Positions 1-10,292 of a stretch of DNA of 64,000 bases are shown here, in pieces. The notes beneath the pieces were generated by a model. The model worked only from the letters and a program-made list of their open reading frames with translations, did not search any database and was not told the DNA's origin. The translations under genes were made by a program, and so were the position numbers. Numbering within the stretch: position 1 is the stretch's first letter; the number at the start of each line of letters is the position of its first letter. The stretch is from Elusimicrobiota bacterium (GTDB taxonomy: Bacteria; Elusimicrobiota; Elusimicrobia; UBA1565; UBA9628): the NCBI GenBank assembly GCA_016207665.1, contig JACQPG010000050.1:5519-69518 (forward strand), written 5' to 3'.

Positions 1-1489
1 TCTTGACCTCGCCCAAGGCCTGGGCTTCCCGGACTTTCTCGAGCAACTGTCCGATGCGCGGGCCGGGCTGTAGTTTGAGGGCCTTCATCACCTCATGCCC
101 GTTGACTATAGGCCTGGGCAGAGGGCCTGGGCCTGGAGCGAGCAGTTTCTTGAGAAGATGGGAGACGACCTGCAGGTGATAAATGGTCTTGCGCGCTTCC
201 ACGGGCTTGATCCGAGATAGGGAGCGGCCCTCCGGCCCCTGGGGCTCGAGCCGGGCGCGGCCGAGATGCTTAAGAAGGACCGGGTGCGGCAAATAACTCG
301 CATGATCGGCCCAGCAGACCAGGAGCAGGTCCAGGGCCCGGGGGCCCAGGTCCCGGAAGAAGCGATAGGCCGCCTTGTCCGTGATCATGCCGGAAGCCGC
401 GAGATTGCCGGGCCGCAGATGATGCGCTATCACGGTCGACAGCGTATCCACCACCTCTCCCGGGAAGCGCAGCTCCCTGAGTAGCTCGGCCGCCTGGCGG
501 GCGCCAAGCTGGTCGTGGCCGAAGAATCTCAGGCGTCCGCCGACCTTGCGCGCCGTGGCCGGCTTGGCGATGTCATGGAGAAGGGCGCCGAGCATCAATA
601 CGGACTTGCGCGTCGCCGCGCCGAATGGGCGCTCGAGCTCGGCCGACAAGGCCGAGGCGTGATCCGGGAAAACCTTGGAGAGATTATGAAAGAGAAAATC
701 CGCTCGAGACGCGGTGTCGAGAGAATGCCGAAGCACCCCTCCCGAGCCATAATAGACAGTGGCGCAGGCCCGCTCGGGCTCGAGCTCCGGCAGCAGGGCG
801 GTAAGCAAGGAGCACTCGTCCATGCGCTTGAGCCATTCGGACGCGCCCGGGTTGCCGAGCAGCAGTCCGAGCTCGGCCTGTATCCGTTCTCCGGTAGGTT
901 TGCGCGCCAAAGACCGGCATCGGCGTATGTGCTTCAAGGTGCCGGCTTCGATGTTGAATCCAAGTTGGGAGGCGAAACGAAAGGCTCGCAGTAGGCGCAA
1001 TGGATCGGACTCGAATAAATCGGCGCTTTCGGCCCGCAATAGGCGACCCTTGATGTCGCGCAGCCCGCCGCGAGGGTCTATCACTTTCGAGGGCTCGAGC
1101 GTGGCCGGCTGTTTGGATGAGATCTCGACTGCAAGCGCGTTGACCGTGAAATCCCGCCGGGCGAGGTCCTGCAGAATGCCAGGGCCTTGCAAGCGTGCGA
1201 CGTCGAGTCGGCGGACCTGGCGGAAGGAGGCGGGAAGGGCGACGCGATAGACTCCCTCCTTCGCGTCAAGGGTTACGAATTTTCCCCCGAAGGCCGAGGC
1301 CAGGCGGCGGGACAAGGCCTCTGGCCGGCGACAGGCTAGATCGAGGTCGACCCAGGGTCGTTGAAGGAGAATATCCCGGATCGCTCCTCCCACCAGGAAG
1401 ATGGATCCCGAGCCTATACGCGCCGCCTCGCGTAAAAGCCGGATGGACTCGTCATTGAGACGCATCGGAGCGAGTTTTCTCTGGCTCAC
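1..1489 (-). CDS. cca: CCA-adding tRNA nucleotidyltransferase / poly(A) polymerase family protein with HD domain (3' end beyond window)
   Basis: Not in the ORF track. Manual minus-strand translation gives IFLVGGAIRDILLQRPWVDLDLA (NTase signature), LHDIAKP-type HD motif and PIVNGHEVMKALKLQPGPRIGQLL at the C-terminus. GTG start 1489 lies 6 nt after TAGAAT; alternative ATG at 1465. Confidence 0.85.
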   Translation of the reverse strand, partial: MSQRKLAPMRLNDESIRLLREAARIGSGSIFLVGGAIRDILLQRPWVDLDLACRRPEALSRRLASAFGGKFVTLDAKEGVYRVALPASFRQVRRLDVARLQGPGILQDLARRDFTVNALAVEISSKQPATLEPSKVIDPRGGLRDIKGRLLRAESADLFESDPLRLLRAFRFASQLGFNIEAGTLKHIRRCRSLARKPTGERIQAELGLLLGNPGASEWLKRMDECSLLTALLPELEPERACATVYYGSGGVLRHSLDTASRADFLFHNLSKVFPDHASALSAELERPFGAATRKSVLMLGALLHDIAKPATARKVGGRLRFFGHDQLGARQAAELLRELRFPGEVVDTLSTVIAHHLRPGNLAASGMITDKAAYRFFRDLGPRALDLLLVCWADHASYLPHPVLLKHLGRARLEPQGPEGRSLSRIKPVEARKTIYHLQVVSHLLKKLLAPGPGPLPRPIVNGHEVMKALKLQPGPRIGQLLEKVREAQALGEVK

Positions 1490-1579
1490 GATCTGATTCT
1501 ATCTAATTGGCGCTATTTGAAATGGAACTTTAACGCGTCGTCAATCGTATGCCATGGGGGGGCGAGAGGGGACTGGCTA

Positions 1580-1603
1580 AAGTATACGTGACAGTGTATA
1601 CTT
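1580..1603. promoter_or_regulatory. Palindromic operator / -10 of phd-relE TA operon
   Basis: AAGTATAC-gtgacagt-GTATACTT perfect 8-bp inverted repeat overlapping TATACT just upstream of the antitoxin ATG. Confidence 0.65.
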
Positions 1604-1607
1604 AGGC

Positions 1608-1880
1608 ATGGCCAAGACCGTGAGCCTCAAGGAGCTGAGACCCAATCTTCCCAAGATCATGGCGAATGTAGACCAGAAGTTCGATCGCTATATCGTGACT
1701 AAACGCGGCCGTCCGCTGGCGGTCATCCTCAGCACGGACGACTACGAGGGCCTGCTCGAGACCATCGAAATTCTTCAGGCCCCAGCCTGTTTGAGGCGCA
1801 TAAGTCGCGCCAAGAAAGAGATGCGAGCGGGAAAGGTCAGAAGCTTGGAAGAGATTCACCGGTCTCTGGATCGTGTTTAA
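1608..1880 (+). CDS. Phd/YefM family antitoxin
   Basis: MAKTVSLKELRPNL...YIVTKRGRPLAVILSTDDYEGLLETIEIL; 90 aa; overlaps toxin start. Confidence 0.9.
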   Translation: MAKTVSLKELRPNLPKIMANVDQKFDRYIVTKRGRPLAVILSTDDYEGLLETIEILQAPACLRRISRAKKEMRAGKVRSLEEIHRSLDRV

Positions 1881-2133
1881 GATCTATCTAACCCGCGACG
1901 CGGAGGCGACCTATCGCTGGCTTCAAGATCGGGATTTTCGGCTCTGGCAGAGGATTCGCCTGGCCTTGGACGGTTTGCGAACCGATCCCCGTCAAGGGAA
2001 GCTTCTCAAGGGAGCATTTCGGGGCGATTATTCGTTGCGAGTAGGTTCCTACCGCATCATCTATACGGTCGAGCATAGGATTTTGACTGTGATTGTCATC
2101 GACATCGGGCACAGGCGGGAGATTTATCGGTAG
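1873..2133 (+). CDS. RelE/ParE family toxin
   Basis: 86 aa, GKLLKG..RGDYSLRVGSYRIIY...VIDIGHRREIYR. Confidence 0.9.
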   Translation: MFKIYLTRDAEATYRWLQDRDFRLWQRIRLALDGLRTDPRQGKLLKGAFRGDYSLRVGSYRIIYTVEHRILTVIVIDIGHRREIYR

Positions 2134-2139
2134 GCGGAA

Positions 2140-3726
2140 TTAAGCGGGACCAGAGGAAGGCGGGGCCGCGGTTCTCTTGTCCAGCTCTCTCTGGCGAAGG
2201 GCGCGCTTGAGCACCTTCTGAAGGGCGTTCTTGGGCAGGGCTTCGACTATCTCGATATCCCGAGGCCGCTTATAGGGATCGAGCTTGCTGCGGCAAAATT
2301 GCATCAGTCCCGACTTATCGGTCGAGGCGCCTTTCTTGAGCACGACGAAAGCCTTGATGGTCTCGTCGCCATGCTCGTCTGGTATGCCGATGAGCGCCGC
2401 CTCCTGGACGTCGGGATGCTCGAGCATCACGGATTCGACCTGGGCCGAAAAGACCTTCAGGCCCTTGATGATGATCATGTCCTTCTTGCGGTCGCGGATG
2501 TAGAGATAGCCTTCCGAGTCCAAGGCCCCGATATCCCCGGTCTTGAACCAGCCGTCGGTGGTGAACGCCTCGCGCGTGGCCTGGGGAAGGTTATAATAGC
2601 CCTTCATCACGTTGTCGCCCTTGACGCAGATCTCCCCCTCCTGTCCCAACTCGAGATCATGCTCTTGATCGTCGATGATTCGGACCTTGACTCCATCGAT
2701 CATCGTGCCCACGCTGCCGGGCTTTCGCTTCTCCACCGGATTGACGCTGATGATGGGAGCGGTCTCGGTCAGGCCATAGCCTTCCACGATAGGCACGCGG
2801 AGATTCTTCTCGAAGGCCTCGAGTACCACCGGCGACAGCGGAGCCGCTCCGGAGACGGCCAGCCGGACCTTCCGGAAGAACCAGTAGCGCAGCACCAATC
2901 CCTGCAGCCCGGTCGCCTGCTTGGCCAGGATCGAAAAAAGCTGCGGCACCGCCGAGAACATGGTCACTCCATGCTTGGCCATGAGCCCGAGCCAGGGCCT
3001 GGGCGGGGTGATGGAGGGCGAGATGACGAGCTTGGTTCGCGCCAGCAGCGAGACAAGCACGTTAGCGGTCCATCCGAAAATATGGAACATGGGCAGCAGG
3101 GCCAATTGCACGTCGTTGGGCCTGATAGCGAGCTTCTTGACGCCGGCCACGGCGTTGCTGGCCAGGTTGCGATGGGTGAGCATGACGCCCTTGGGATTGC
3201 CGGTCGTTCCCGAGGTATACAGTATGGCGACCGTATCCTGGTCCTGGGCTTGGGGATAGGAGAGCGCGGCCGGCTCCTGGAGCAGGTTGGAGAAGGGTTC
3301 CTCCCGAGGTCTTTCCCCTTTCTCATCCGCAATGGGATCGGACACCCAGATCATGGCCACGGAGCGGGCCTTGGCCGCTGCGCCGCGCAGACCCTTGAGG
3401 AACTCGCTTTGGGTGACTATCCCTTTGGCCTGGCAGTCGTTGAGCATATAAGCCAGCTCATCGGGCTTTTGCACCATGAAATTGATGGGCACGGCCACGG
3501 CGCCCAGCCTGGCCAGGGCGAAATACGAGATGACGAATACGGGGCTGTTGCGATGAACGATGGCGACCGCGTCGTTCTTGCCGATGCCCCGGGCGGAGAA
3601 GCCGGCCGCTACGAAGAGCACCCGCCGCTGCAGCTCGGAAAAGCTGAGAGTCTCTTCCGGGGTGACCAAGGCGGGTCCTTGCGGAGCCCGGCGCGCCGCC
3701 TCATCGAGAAGGTCGTTGAGGGTCAT
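2140..3726 (-). CDS. Long-chain fatty acid--CoA ligase (AMP-binding)
   Basis: YTSGTTGNPKG, EGYGLTE, GWFKTGDIG, DRKKDMII motifs. Confidence 0.9.
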   Translation of the reverse strand: MTLNDLLDEAARRAPQGPALVTPEETLSFSELQRRVLFVAAGFSARGIGKNDAVAIVHRNSPVFVISYFALARLGAVAVPINFMVQKPDELAYMLNDCQAKGIVTQSEFLKGLRGAAAKARSVAMIWVSDPIADEKGERPREEPFSNLLQEPAALSYPQAQDQDTVAILYTSGTTGNPKGVMLTHRNLASNAVAGVKKLAIRPNDVQLALLPMFHIFGWTANVLVSLLARTKLVISPSITPPRPWLGLMAKHGVTMFSAVPQLFSILAKQATGLQGLVLRYWFFRKVRLAVSGAAPLSPVVLEAFEKNLRVPIVEGYGLTETAPIISVNPVEKRKPGSVGTMIDGVKVRIIDDQEHDLELGQEGEICVKGDNVMKGYYNLPQATREAFTTDGWFKTGDIGALDSEGYLYIRDRKKDMIIIKGLKVFSAQVESVMLEHPDVQEAALIGIPDEHGDETIKAFVVLKKGASTDKSGLMQFCRSKLDPYKRPRDIEIVEALPKNALQKVLKRALRQRELDKRTAAPPSSGPA

Positions 3727-3735
3727 GGCTTCGCG

Positions 3736-4674
3736 TCACTTCTGGCGGGGATCGAGAATGTCGCGGACCGCGTCCCCCAGCAGGTTCCAGCCCAGGACGA
3801 AGAGGAATATGGTAAATCCCGGGATGAACACGGTGTGCCAGTATTCGAAGGGGTTGCCCGAGGTGCCGAGTATCCAATTGCGCGACAGCGAGATCAATTG
3901 TCCCCAATCGGCGTAGCCTACCGGAGCTCCCAAGCCCAGGAAGCTCAGCGCCGCCGCGGTGATCACGATGCGGCCCATGCTCAGGGAGGCGACCACCAAC
4001 AGGGGATAGATGGAGTTGGGGATGATGTGCCTGAAAAGGATCCTGAAGTCCGAAGCACCGAGCGCGCGCGCCGCCGAGACGAAGTCCCGTTCCTTGATCG
4101 AGAGCACCTCTCCGCGGAGCAGCCGGGCGTAGGAAGGCCAGGAGACGGCCGTCACCGAGAGCATCACGTTATGGAGGCTGGGTCCGCTCACCGCGACGAT
4201 CACGACGGCCAGCACGAGATCGGGGAAAGCCAATATGATGTCAGTGAATCGCATGAGGACGTCATCGACCCAGCCGCCATAGAATCCAGAAAGCCCTCCC
4301 ACGATGATGCCGATGACCAGGGACACGAACACCACGGTCAGCGCCACCCGGAAGGCCGTGCGCGTGCCCCAGACCATGCCGTAATAGAGGTCGTATTGCT
4401 GCTCGGTCGTGCCGAAGATATGCGCGTCGTTGGGCCTAACCGGGTCAGGGCTGTAGCCGTCTTGCGGGATGATATAGGCGTCCCGCGCGTTGGGCGCGGG
4501 AGGAGCGAGCACCGGCGCCAAGGCCGCCGCCAGGGCGAAGAAAGAGATCAGGCCGAAACCCAAAAGCGACATCGGCTTCTTGCGCAGCATGCGCCAGATC
4601 CTTTGAAACCGCGTCTTTTCGGAAGCGGTCTGGGCCGGGGCCGGAGCCGTCGCCGTGGCGCTTTTCGTTTCCAT
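3736..4674 (-). CDS. oppC: Oligo/dipeptide ABC transporter permease (OppC/DppC)
   Basis: Start METKS coupled to the oppB stop (TGATG); HIFGT, FVSAARALGASDFRILFRHIIPN EAA motif. Confidence 0.9.
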   Translation of the reverse strand: METKSATATAPAPAQTASEKTRFQRIWRMLRKKPMSLLGFGLISFFALAAALAPVLAPPAPNARDAYIIPQDGYSPDPVRPNDAHIFGTTEQQYDLYYGMVWGTRTAFRVALTVVFVSLVIGIIVGGLSGFYGGWVDDVLMRFTDIILAFPDLVLAVVIVAVSGPSLHNVMLSVTAVSWPSYARLLRGEVLSIKERDFVSAARALGASDFRILFRHIIPNSIYPLLVVASLSMGRIVITAAALSFLGLGAPVGYADWGQLISLSRNWILGTSGNPFEYWHTVFIPGFTIFLFVLGWNLLGDAVRDILDPRQK

Positions 4675-5699
4675 CAGCCTATGCGTATGCGCGGGTCTAC
4701 GAGGGCGTAGACGATGTCCGAGATTAAGTTGGCCAAGACGAACAGGAACGCGGCCAGCAGGCTCGAGCCGAGCACCCCGGGGACGTCGAGCTGCTGCGCC
4801 GCGACCACGGTCCAGCGGCCTATGCCGGGATAGTCGAAGACGGTCTCGGTGATGACCACGCCGCCCAGCAGGCCGATGAAGAGCAGGCTCGAGAGCGTCA
4901 CCACCGGGATCAACGCGTTGCGCAGGGCGTGCTTCTTGACGATCACCGGCCCGGGCAGGCCCTTGGCGCGCGCCGTTCTGATATAGTCCTTGCCCAGCTC
5001 CTCGAGCATCGAGGAGCGGGTGATGCGCAGCAAGAGCGCCAAGCTGATGTAGATGAGCGTCGTCGCCGGCAGTATCAGATGCTTGATCACGTCGACGAAG
5101 GCGGCGAATTGCCCGTTGAGCAGCGTGTCCACGGTCAGAAGGCCGGTGTAATGCCTGAAGGCCTCGGAGTGCACCAGAAGATCGACGTCGAGGGAATAGC
5201 GCCCCGGCGGGAACCAATGCAGCCGGCCGTAAAAGATCATGAGCAGCAACAGGCCCAGGACGAAGCTCGGCAGGGAATAGCCGGTGATGGCGATGAAGCG
5301 CGTTAGGTGGTCTATGAATCGATCCTTGTAGACGGCCGAAAGCGTGCCCAAATAGACCCCGATGATCAGGATCGGCAGGAACGCCAGCACCGCCAGCTCG
5401 AAGGTCGCAGGGAAGAAGGCACGGACGGCCTCGGCCACGGGCATCTTGGCGGTCTCGGAATATCCCAGGTCGCCTCGCAGCACCTGCTTAAGCCAGATCC
5501 AGTACTGCACCGGCATGGGGTCGCGCAACCTGTACTTCTCGATCACCTGCTCCAGGGCCGAGAGTTGGCGCGGGTCCTTGATGTAGAGCGAGGCCCTCAT
5601 CTCCGGCGTCAGGAACTGGAGCGCCCCGAACAAAAGGGCCGTCACGCCGAACATGACGAAAGGCAGGAACAAGAGGCGGCGGCCGATGAATTTAAGCAC
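4674..5699 (-). CDS. oppB: Oligo/dipeptide ABC transporter permease (OppB/DppB)
   Basis: GDLGYS, DYIRTARAKGL, LVDPRIR motifs. Confidence 0.92.
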   Translation of the reverse strand: MLKFIGRRLLFLPFVMFGVTALLFGALQFLTPEMRASLYIKDPRQLSALEQVIEKYRLRDPMPVQYWIWLKQVLRGDLGYSETAKMPVAEAVRAFFPATFELAVLAFLPILIIGVYLGTLSAVYKDRFIDHLTRFIAITGYSLPSFVLGLLLLMIFYGRLHWFPPGRYSLDVDLLVHSEAFRHYTGLLTVDTLLNGQFAAFVDVIKHLILPATTLIYISLALLLRITRSSMLEELGKDYIRTARAKGLPGPVIVKKHALRNALIPVVTLSSLLFIGLLGGVVITETVFDYPGIGRWTVVAAQQLDVPGVLGSSLLAAFLFVLANLISDIVYALVDPRIRIG

Positions 5700-5701
5700 T
5701 G

Positions 5702-7468
5702 TCAGCGCCCTTTTCCAGCGGCACCCGCCTTGTAGATCGGGTAATAGTAGCTGCCATAGGGCGAATCCGGGAACACCGGGTTATGATACCAGCCCTTGAC
5801 CCAATCCCGCTGGGTGCGATAGCGCACCCCGTCCAAGACCACGATATGCGGCACGTCCTCATATTCGATCTCCTGGGCCTTGCGATAGAGCTCCTTGCGT
5901 TTGGCGATATTGGTCTCGCGATTGGCGGCCTCGATGATCTTGTCGAGCTCCTCGTTCTTGTACTTTTGAGTGATCGGATAATCCCCCAGCGAATGCAGCA
6001 GGGGGAAGGCGAAGTTGTGCGGGTCGGGGTAATCGGCGTTCCAGCCCATCACGAACACGGGCAGCTTGGAGGATTTGTAGTTGTCCAGGAACGTGGGCCA
6101 CTCGATGGCCCGCACGTCGATCTTGAATTTGGGATTAAGGCTCTCCACGTTGCGCTTGATCATCTGGCAGATGGTCTGGCGCGGGACGTTGCCCGTATTG
6201 AAGGACAGGGTGAACTTGAAGCCGGTTTCCCAGGCCCGGCCTCCCCAGGCCTTTTCGAAATGCTCCTTGGCCTTTTCCATGTCGAACTTATAGGTCTTTT
6301 GCTTCGGATTGTGGCCGGGCAAGGCCTTGGGAATGGCGCCCGTGGCTTGGGTGGCCTTGCCGCGCATCACGTCGCGGATATAGCCCTCGTAATCGAAAGC
6401 ATGGGCGAAGGCCTTGCGCACGTCCTTGTCCGAGTAGAAATCGGGCGGGATGCCGTTGCCGTCGAATTTCCCGGATCCGATATTGGGGTTGGCCACGTGG
6501 TTGATCTTGAAGGTGAAGAAAGCCACGGGATTCATCTCCATGGTGGGAAGATCATCCTTGATCTCGACCCCGTGGATGCCCTGGAGTTGATTGAGCACGG
6601 GGCGGTCCGCGTAGATGGCGTCGGCGTCCCCTGCCTGGAGCATCAGCTTCCGCGTGCCGAACTCGTCGACGCCCTTGACGATCACGTGCTTGAGCTTGGC
6701 CGGCGCCCGCCAATAGCCGTCGTTTCGGGTCAGCACCACTTCCTTGGTCTTTTGATCCCAGCGCTCGAGCTTGAATGGGCCGCTGCCATTGGACCGCTCG
6801 TAGTAAGGGGAGTTCCTCTTCTCGGGATTGTTATGCTTGGCCCAGTTGGCCTCCGCGCCGTCCCAATCCCCGTTCTTGGCCGACCAGGATTTCGAGAGCA
6901 CCGGCGCCCAGGACGCCAATATTCCGAGCAACGGAGCGTAAGGAGCGGGAAGATTGAGCACCAGGTTGTTGCCTTGCGCCTGGACGGCTCTTTCCACGTC
7001 CTTATAGACGTTGGGCTTGAGTTTTCCCCCTTCGTCCCGGGTGGAGGGATAGCCGACCAAGGGCTCGAGCAGCAACGAGGACGGGCCCGCGACGCGGTCG
7101 TAAAGGACGAATCGCATGATGGAGTAACGCACATCCTCCGCGGTCAAGGGGCTGCCGTCATGGAATTTCACGCCCTGGCGAATCGGTATGGTGTAGCGTT
7201 TGCCGTCGGCGGAGATCAGGCCGTTCTCCTTGCTGGGGACCTTGGCGGCTATCAAAGGGACCAGCTTTTCGGTGGACTCCCCATCGAAGAAGAAAAGGGG
7301 CTCGTAGATGTTGAGTATCAGATTGTGGCTGGCCGTATCATAAGACCAGGCGGGATCCAGGCTGTCCGCGCCCGAGATGGTGACATAGATATAGGTGTCC
7401 GGGTTCTTGATCTGCGCGGAAGCAAAAAGTGGCAAGAAGGAGAAAACGAGCGCAAATAATCGTTTCAT
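5702..7468 (-). CDS. oppA: Peptide ABC transporter substrate-binding protein (SBP family 5)
   Basis: Signal peptide, SLDPA, RQGVKFHDGSPLTAEDV, GSGPFKL, GWNADYPDP. Confidence 0.92.
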   Translation of the reverse strand: MKRLFALVFSFLPLFASAQIKNPDTYIYVTISGADSLDPAWSYDTASHNLILNIYEPLFFFDGESTEKLVPLIAAKVPSKENGLISADGKRYTIPIRQGVKFHDGSPLTAEDVRYSIMRFVLYDRVAGPSSLLLEPLVGYPSTRDEGGKLKPNVYKDVERAVQAQGNNLVLNLPAPYAPLLGILASWAPVLSKSWSAKNGDWDGAEANWAKHNNPEKRNSPYYERSNGSGPFKLERWDQKTKEVVLTRNDGYWRAPAKLKHVIVKGVDEFGTRKLMLQAGDADAIYADRPVLNQLQGIHGVEIKDDLPTMEMNPVAFFTFKINHVANPNIGSGKFDGNGIPPDFYSDKDVRKAFAHAFDYEGYIRDVMRGKATQATGAIPKALPGHNPKQKTYKFDMEKAKEHFEKAWGGRAWETGFKFTLSFNTGNVPRQTICQMIKRNVESLNPKFKIDVRAIEWPTFLDNYKSSKLPVFVMGWNADYPDPHNFAFPLLHSLGDYPITQKYKNEELDKIIEAANRETNIAKRKELYRKAQEIEYEDVPHIVVLDGVRYRTQRDWVKGWYHNPVFPDSPYGSYYYPIYKAGAAGKGR

Positions 7469-7521
7469 GCTCAATATCCTATCAAAAAATGCAGTCCGAG
7501 TCTCGATAGCTCGACGTGCTG

Positions 7522-7857
7522 TTATAGGGCCAGATGCAGTTTTACGGCTCTTTCGACATGCGGAATCAAATCTTGAGGAAGGTTTCCAAGCAATCGACCG
7601 ATACGGCGTTTGTCTACGGTTCGGATTTGGTCGGCCTTGATTTTGACGGGCTTATCATTGTCGAACGAGTCCGGTTTGACCAGGACTTCAAAGGGATGGA
7701 CGTGCTTGACCGAGCTCGTCAAGGGCAATATGGTCACCGTCTCGGCGTGGACATTATTGATGTCGTTGGATAGGATGAGTCCGGGGCGGGTTTTTTGAAT
7801 CTCCGATCCTATCGTCGGATCGAGGTTTATCCAATAAATTTCTCCCCTCTTGATCAT
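7522..7857 (-). CDS. MazF/PemK family endoribonuclease toxin
   Basis: MIKRGEIYWINLDPTIGSEIQKTRPGLILSND...ADQIRTVDKRRI; ATGA overlap with antitoxin. Confidence 0.92.
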   Translation of the reverse strand: MIKRGEIYWINLDPTIGSEIQKTRPGLILSNDINNVHAETVTILPLTSSVKHVHPFEVLVKPDSFDNDKPVKIKADQIRTVDKRRIGRLLGNLPQDLIPHVERAVKLHLAL

Positions 7858-8078
7858 AAGCCATCCCCGGAAAGGGCGTCCCATTCTTCATTAAAGGCCT
7901 TGTCCTCTTGGGCGGCTTGACGATAGGCGACCGCAAGCCGCTCGGCGGCCTTTTCCCGCTCGACACCCTCTAGTTTTTCTTTGACGGCCTGAGTGATAAA
8001 CGCGCTTTTGTTGGGCACCTTTTTAAGCAATTCGGCATACTCTTTTGGTATTGTAATATTCATTCTATGTGTATTCAT
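7854..8078 (-). CDS. Ribbon-helix-helix antitoxin (MazE/NdoAI-like)
   Basis: RMNITIPKE...NKSAFITQAVKEKL RHH pattern, acidic C-terminus EEWDALSGDGL, directly upstream of toxin. Confidence 0.8.
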   Translation of the reverse strand: MNTHRMNITIPKEYAELLKKVPNKSAFITQAVKEKLEGVEREKAAERLAVAYRQAAQEDKAFNEEWDALSGDGL

Positions 8079-8113
8079 ATACATATTTTAATACACACAT
8101 AGAATTTGGTCAA
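8068..8113 (-). promoter_or_regulatory. sigma70 promoter and operator of MazEF-like operon
   Basis: TTGACC-17 bp-TAAAAT-6 nt-ATG on minus strand; inverted repeat TGTGTATT(8068-75)/AATACACA(8090-97). Confidence 0.7.
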
Positions 8114-8123
8114 GGGGGTGTCG

Positions 8124-10292
8124 TTAAGGGCGAGAGTGCTTCTTGCCCAGGGCATGCCGGTAGAGCGAATAGACCACGGCGGCGTATAGTCCCGTGGAGA
8201 GGAGGGTCTCGAACGCCGGGTGGCCGGCCTCCGGGCGGCGCAATTGCAAGAACTGGGAGAGGCCGCCGGCCCATGGGAGCGTGCTGATCACCGCGATGCC
8301 GGCGATCACGATGCCCATCAAGGCGTCGCCGGCTATGAGCCCGGAGGCGTAGAGCGAGCCCGGATCGTGCTCGGCCACGGCCTGCCGTTTTTTGCGCGCC
8401 ACATACCAGGCCAACAGGCCTCCGACCATCATCATCGGCCAGTTGGTGATGGGCAGGTAGAGTCCGATAGCGAAAGCCAAGGCGGAGATGCCGCACATCT
8501 CCACGATGAGGCCGATGCCGGCTCCGGTGAGCAGCAAGGTCCAAGGCAGCTGGCCGCCCGTGGCGCCCTGGACCAGGCTGGCCATGAGGCTGGCTTGAGG
8601 GGCCTCCAAGGGATTGGGATGCTCCGGAGTCGGGGCCCCGAAGCCGTAGGCCATATAGAGCAGGAGCAGAATGAAGCCGGTCCGGACGGCTGAGACCAAG
8701 GTGCCCATGATCTCGGCCAGCTGCACTTTCCAGGGAGTGGCTCCGACCAGGGCGGCCGTCTTGAGATCCTGGGATAGATCCCCGGAAAGCGCGATGGCGA
8801 CGCAAACCACGGCCCCCCCCATGATGGCGGCCGTCTTGAGCGTGGCGGGGTCATGGCCCAGGGCGGCGAAGAGCAGGGTCATGGAAAGAAGCGCCGTGAT
8901 CGTCATCCCCGAGACCGGCTGATTGGTCGTGCCGATGAGCCCCACCATGCGGGCCGAGACGGCCACGAAGAAAAAGGCGAAGAGGAGGACGATGGCCGCC
9001 TCGACGGCGGATAATCCGAAGATGGGATGGAGCCACAGCAGCAGGCCGACCGACGCCACCCCCAAGCCGACCACGGGGATCGGAAGGTCGTGCTCGGTTC
9101 GAGGCAGGCCTGCGCCGAAGCGCGAGGCCGTCCGGCTCAGATAGAAGAAGAGCACGGCGCCGACCGCGGCGCCCACGGCCCCGCCTAACGCCATCCGAGC
9201 CAATCCCATCCATGACCAGTCGATTTCGCCGGCGAAAGCGCCGACCAGGAATCCCAAGGCCGCGCCGCCGAATACGATGGCGCCGTTCTCCCAATCCACG
9301 GCGGGCAACGCATTTCCTGATGCCCGCCGGGACGGTTCGCTCCCGCTCACCGTCCACAACCGATTGAGTGAGCCCAGTATCAGGGGCAGGGAACGCAGCA
9401 AGCTCAACAAACCGCCGAAAGCCACGCCTCCCGCTCCTATATAGCGCACATAGGTGGACCGTATTTGGCCCATGGACATCTGGTCGATCGGCATGGTCCC
9501 CGGCTCTATCACGTTCGATCCTCCGAGAGCGTCGATGAGAGGGATGAGCACCAGATAACCCAGGAGGCTGCCCGCGAACATGACGGCCACGATACGAGCC
9601 CCGATGAGATAGCCGACGCCGACGAACAGGGGAGAGACCTCGTAGCCGAAGCCCGCTTTATGGAGATTGGGCCAGGTCCAGACGATGGCGTCCTTGAACA
9701 GCATGAGCGCCGACATGGCGAATTTGAAAAGCCCCCCGACCAAGGCTCCTTGCAGCACCGGCGCGGCGGTGGCGCCTCCTTTATCCCCCGCTACCAGGAC
9801 CTCGGCCGCGGCTCTCCCCTCGGGGAATGGAAGGGTCTCGTGCTCCAGCACGACCAAGGAGTGGCGCAAAGGGATCATCATCAGAAGCCCGAGCAGCCCG
9901 CCCGCCACGCCCAGCCAAAACACCTTCGCGTTGGAGAGCTCCCCTCCCAGGAAAAGCAGCGCCGGGACGGTGAAAATCACGGCGGCGGCCAGCGACTCGC
10001 CGTTGGAGGCGATGGTGTGCACGATGTTGTTCTCGAGAATGGTGCCGTTGCGGCCGATCAGCCGCGGCAAGAGCATGCGCAACACGCCCATGGAGATGAT
10101 GGCCGAGGGGATCGACGCCGAAACGGTCAGTCCGATCTTGAGCCCCAGATAGGCGTTGGCCGCGTTGAAGATGATGGAGAGGATGAAGCCCAGCAAGACG
10201 GCCTGAACGGTGAACTCGGGGACGCGGCGATCGTCGGGGATATAGGACAACGCGGCGCTGGAGCTCTGTTCTCCGGAGGAAGGGCTTTTCAT
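8124..10292 (-). CDS. OPT family oligopeptide transporter
   Basis: [40 protein letters not shown] motifs; ATGA coupling to oppF. Confidence 0.92.
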   Translation of the reverse strand: MKSPSSGEQSSSAALSYIPDDRRVPEFTVQAVLLGFILSIIFNAANAYLGLKIGLTVSASIPSAIISMGVLRMLLPRLIGRNGTILENNIVHTIASNGESLAAAVIFTVPALLFLGGELSNAKVFWLGVAGGLLGLLMMIPLRHSLVVLEHETLPFPEGRAAAEVLVAGDKGGATAAPVLQGALVGGLFKFAMSALMLFKDAIVWTWPNLHKAGFGYEVSPLFVGVGYLIGARIVAVMFAGSLLGYLVLIPLIDALGGSNVIEPGTMPIDQMSMGQIRSTYVRYIGAGGVAFGGLLSLLRSLPLILGSLNRLWTVSGSEPSRRASGNALPAVDWENGAIVFGGAALGFLVGAFAGEIDWSWMGLARMALGGAVGAAVGAVLFFYLSRTASRFGAGLPRTEHDLPIPVVGLGVASVGLLLWLHPIFGLSAVEAAIVLLFAFFFVAVSARMVGLIGTTNQPVSGMTITALLSMTLLFAALGHDPATLKTAAIMGGAVVCVAIALSGDLSQDLKTAALVGATPWKVQLAEIMGTLVSAVRTGFILLLLYMAYGFGAPTPEHPNPLEAPQASLMASLVQGATGGQLPWTLLLTGAGIGLIVEMCGISALAFAIGLYLPITNWPMMMVGGLLAWYVARKKRQAVAEHDPGSLYASGLIAGDALMGIVIAGIAVISTLPWAGGLSQFLQLRRPEAGHPAFETLLSTGLYAAVVYSLYRHALGKKHSRP

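Noticed and set aside
2299..4710. 803-aa plus-strand ORF (and similar long ORFs such as 5783-7459, 12876-14378, 59660-60841)
   Set aside because: Antisense shadows of well-supported genes, expected in high-GC DNA with strong codon bias; no motifs.
3736..5217. Apparent 493-aa OppC with long N-terminal extension
   Set aside because: The extension overlaps oppB in another frame; the real start is the coupled ATG at 4674. The same reasoning applies to the over-extended ORFs for oppF, OPT, thiolase, suhB, exbD and khpA.
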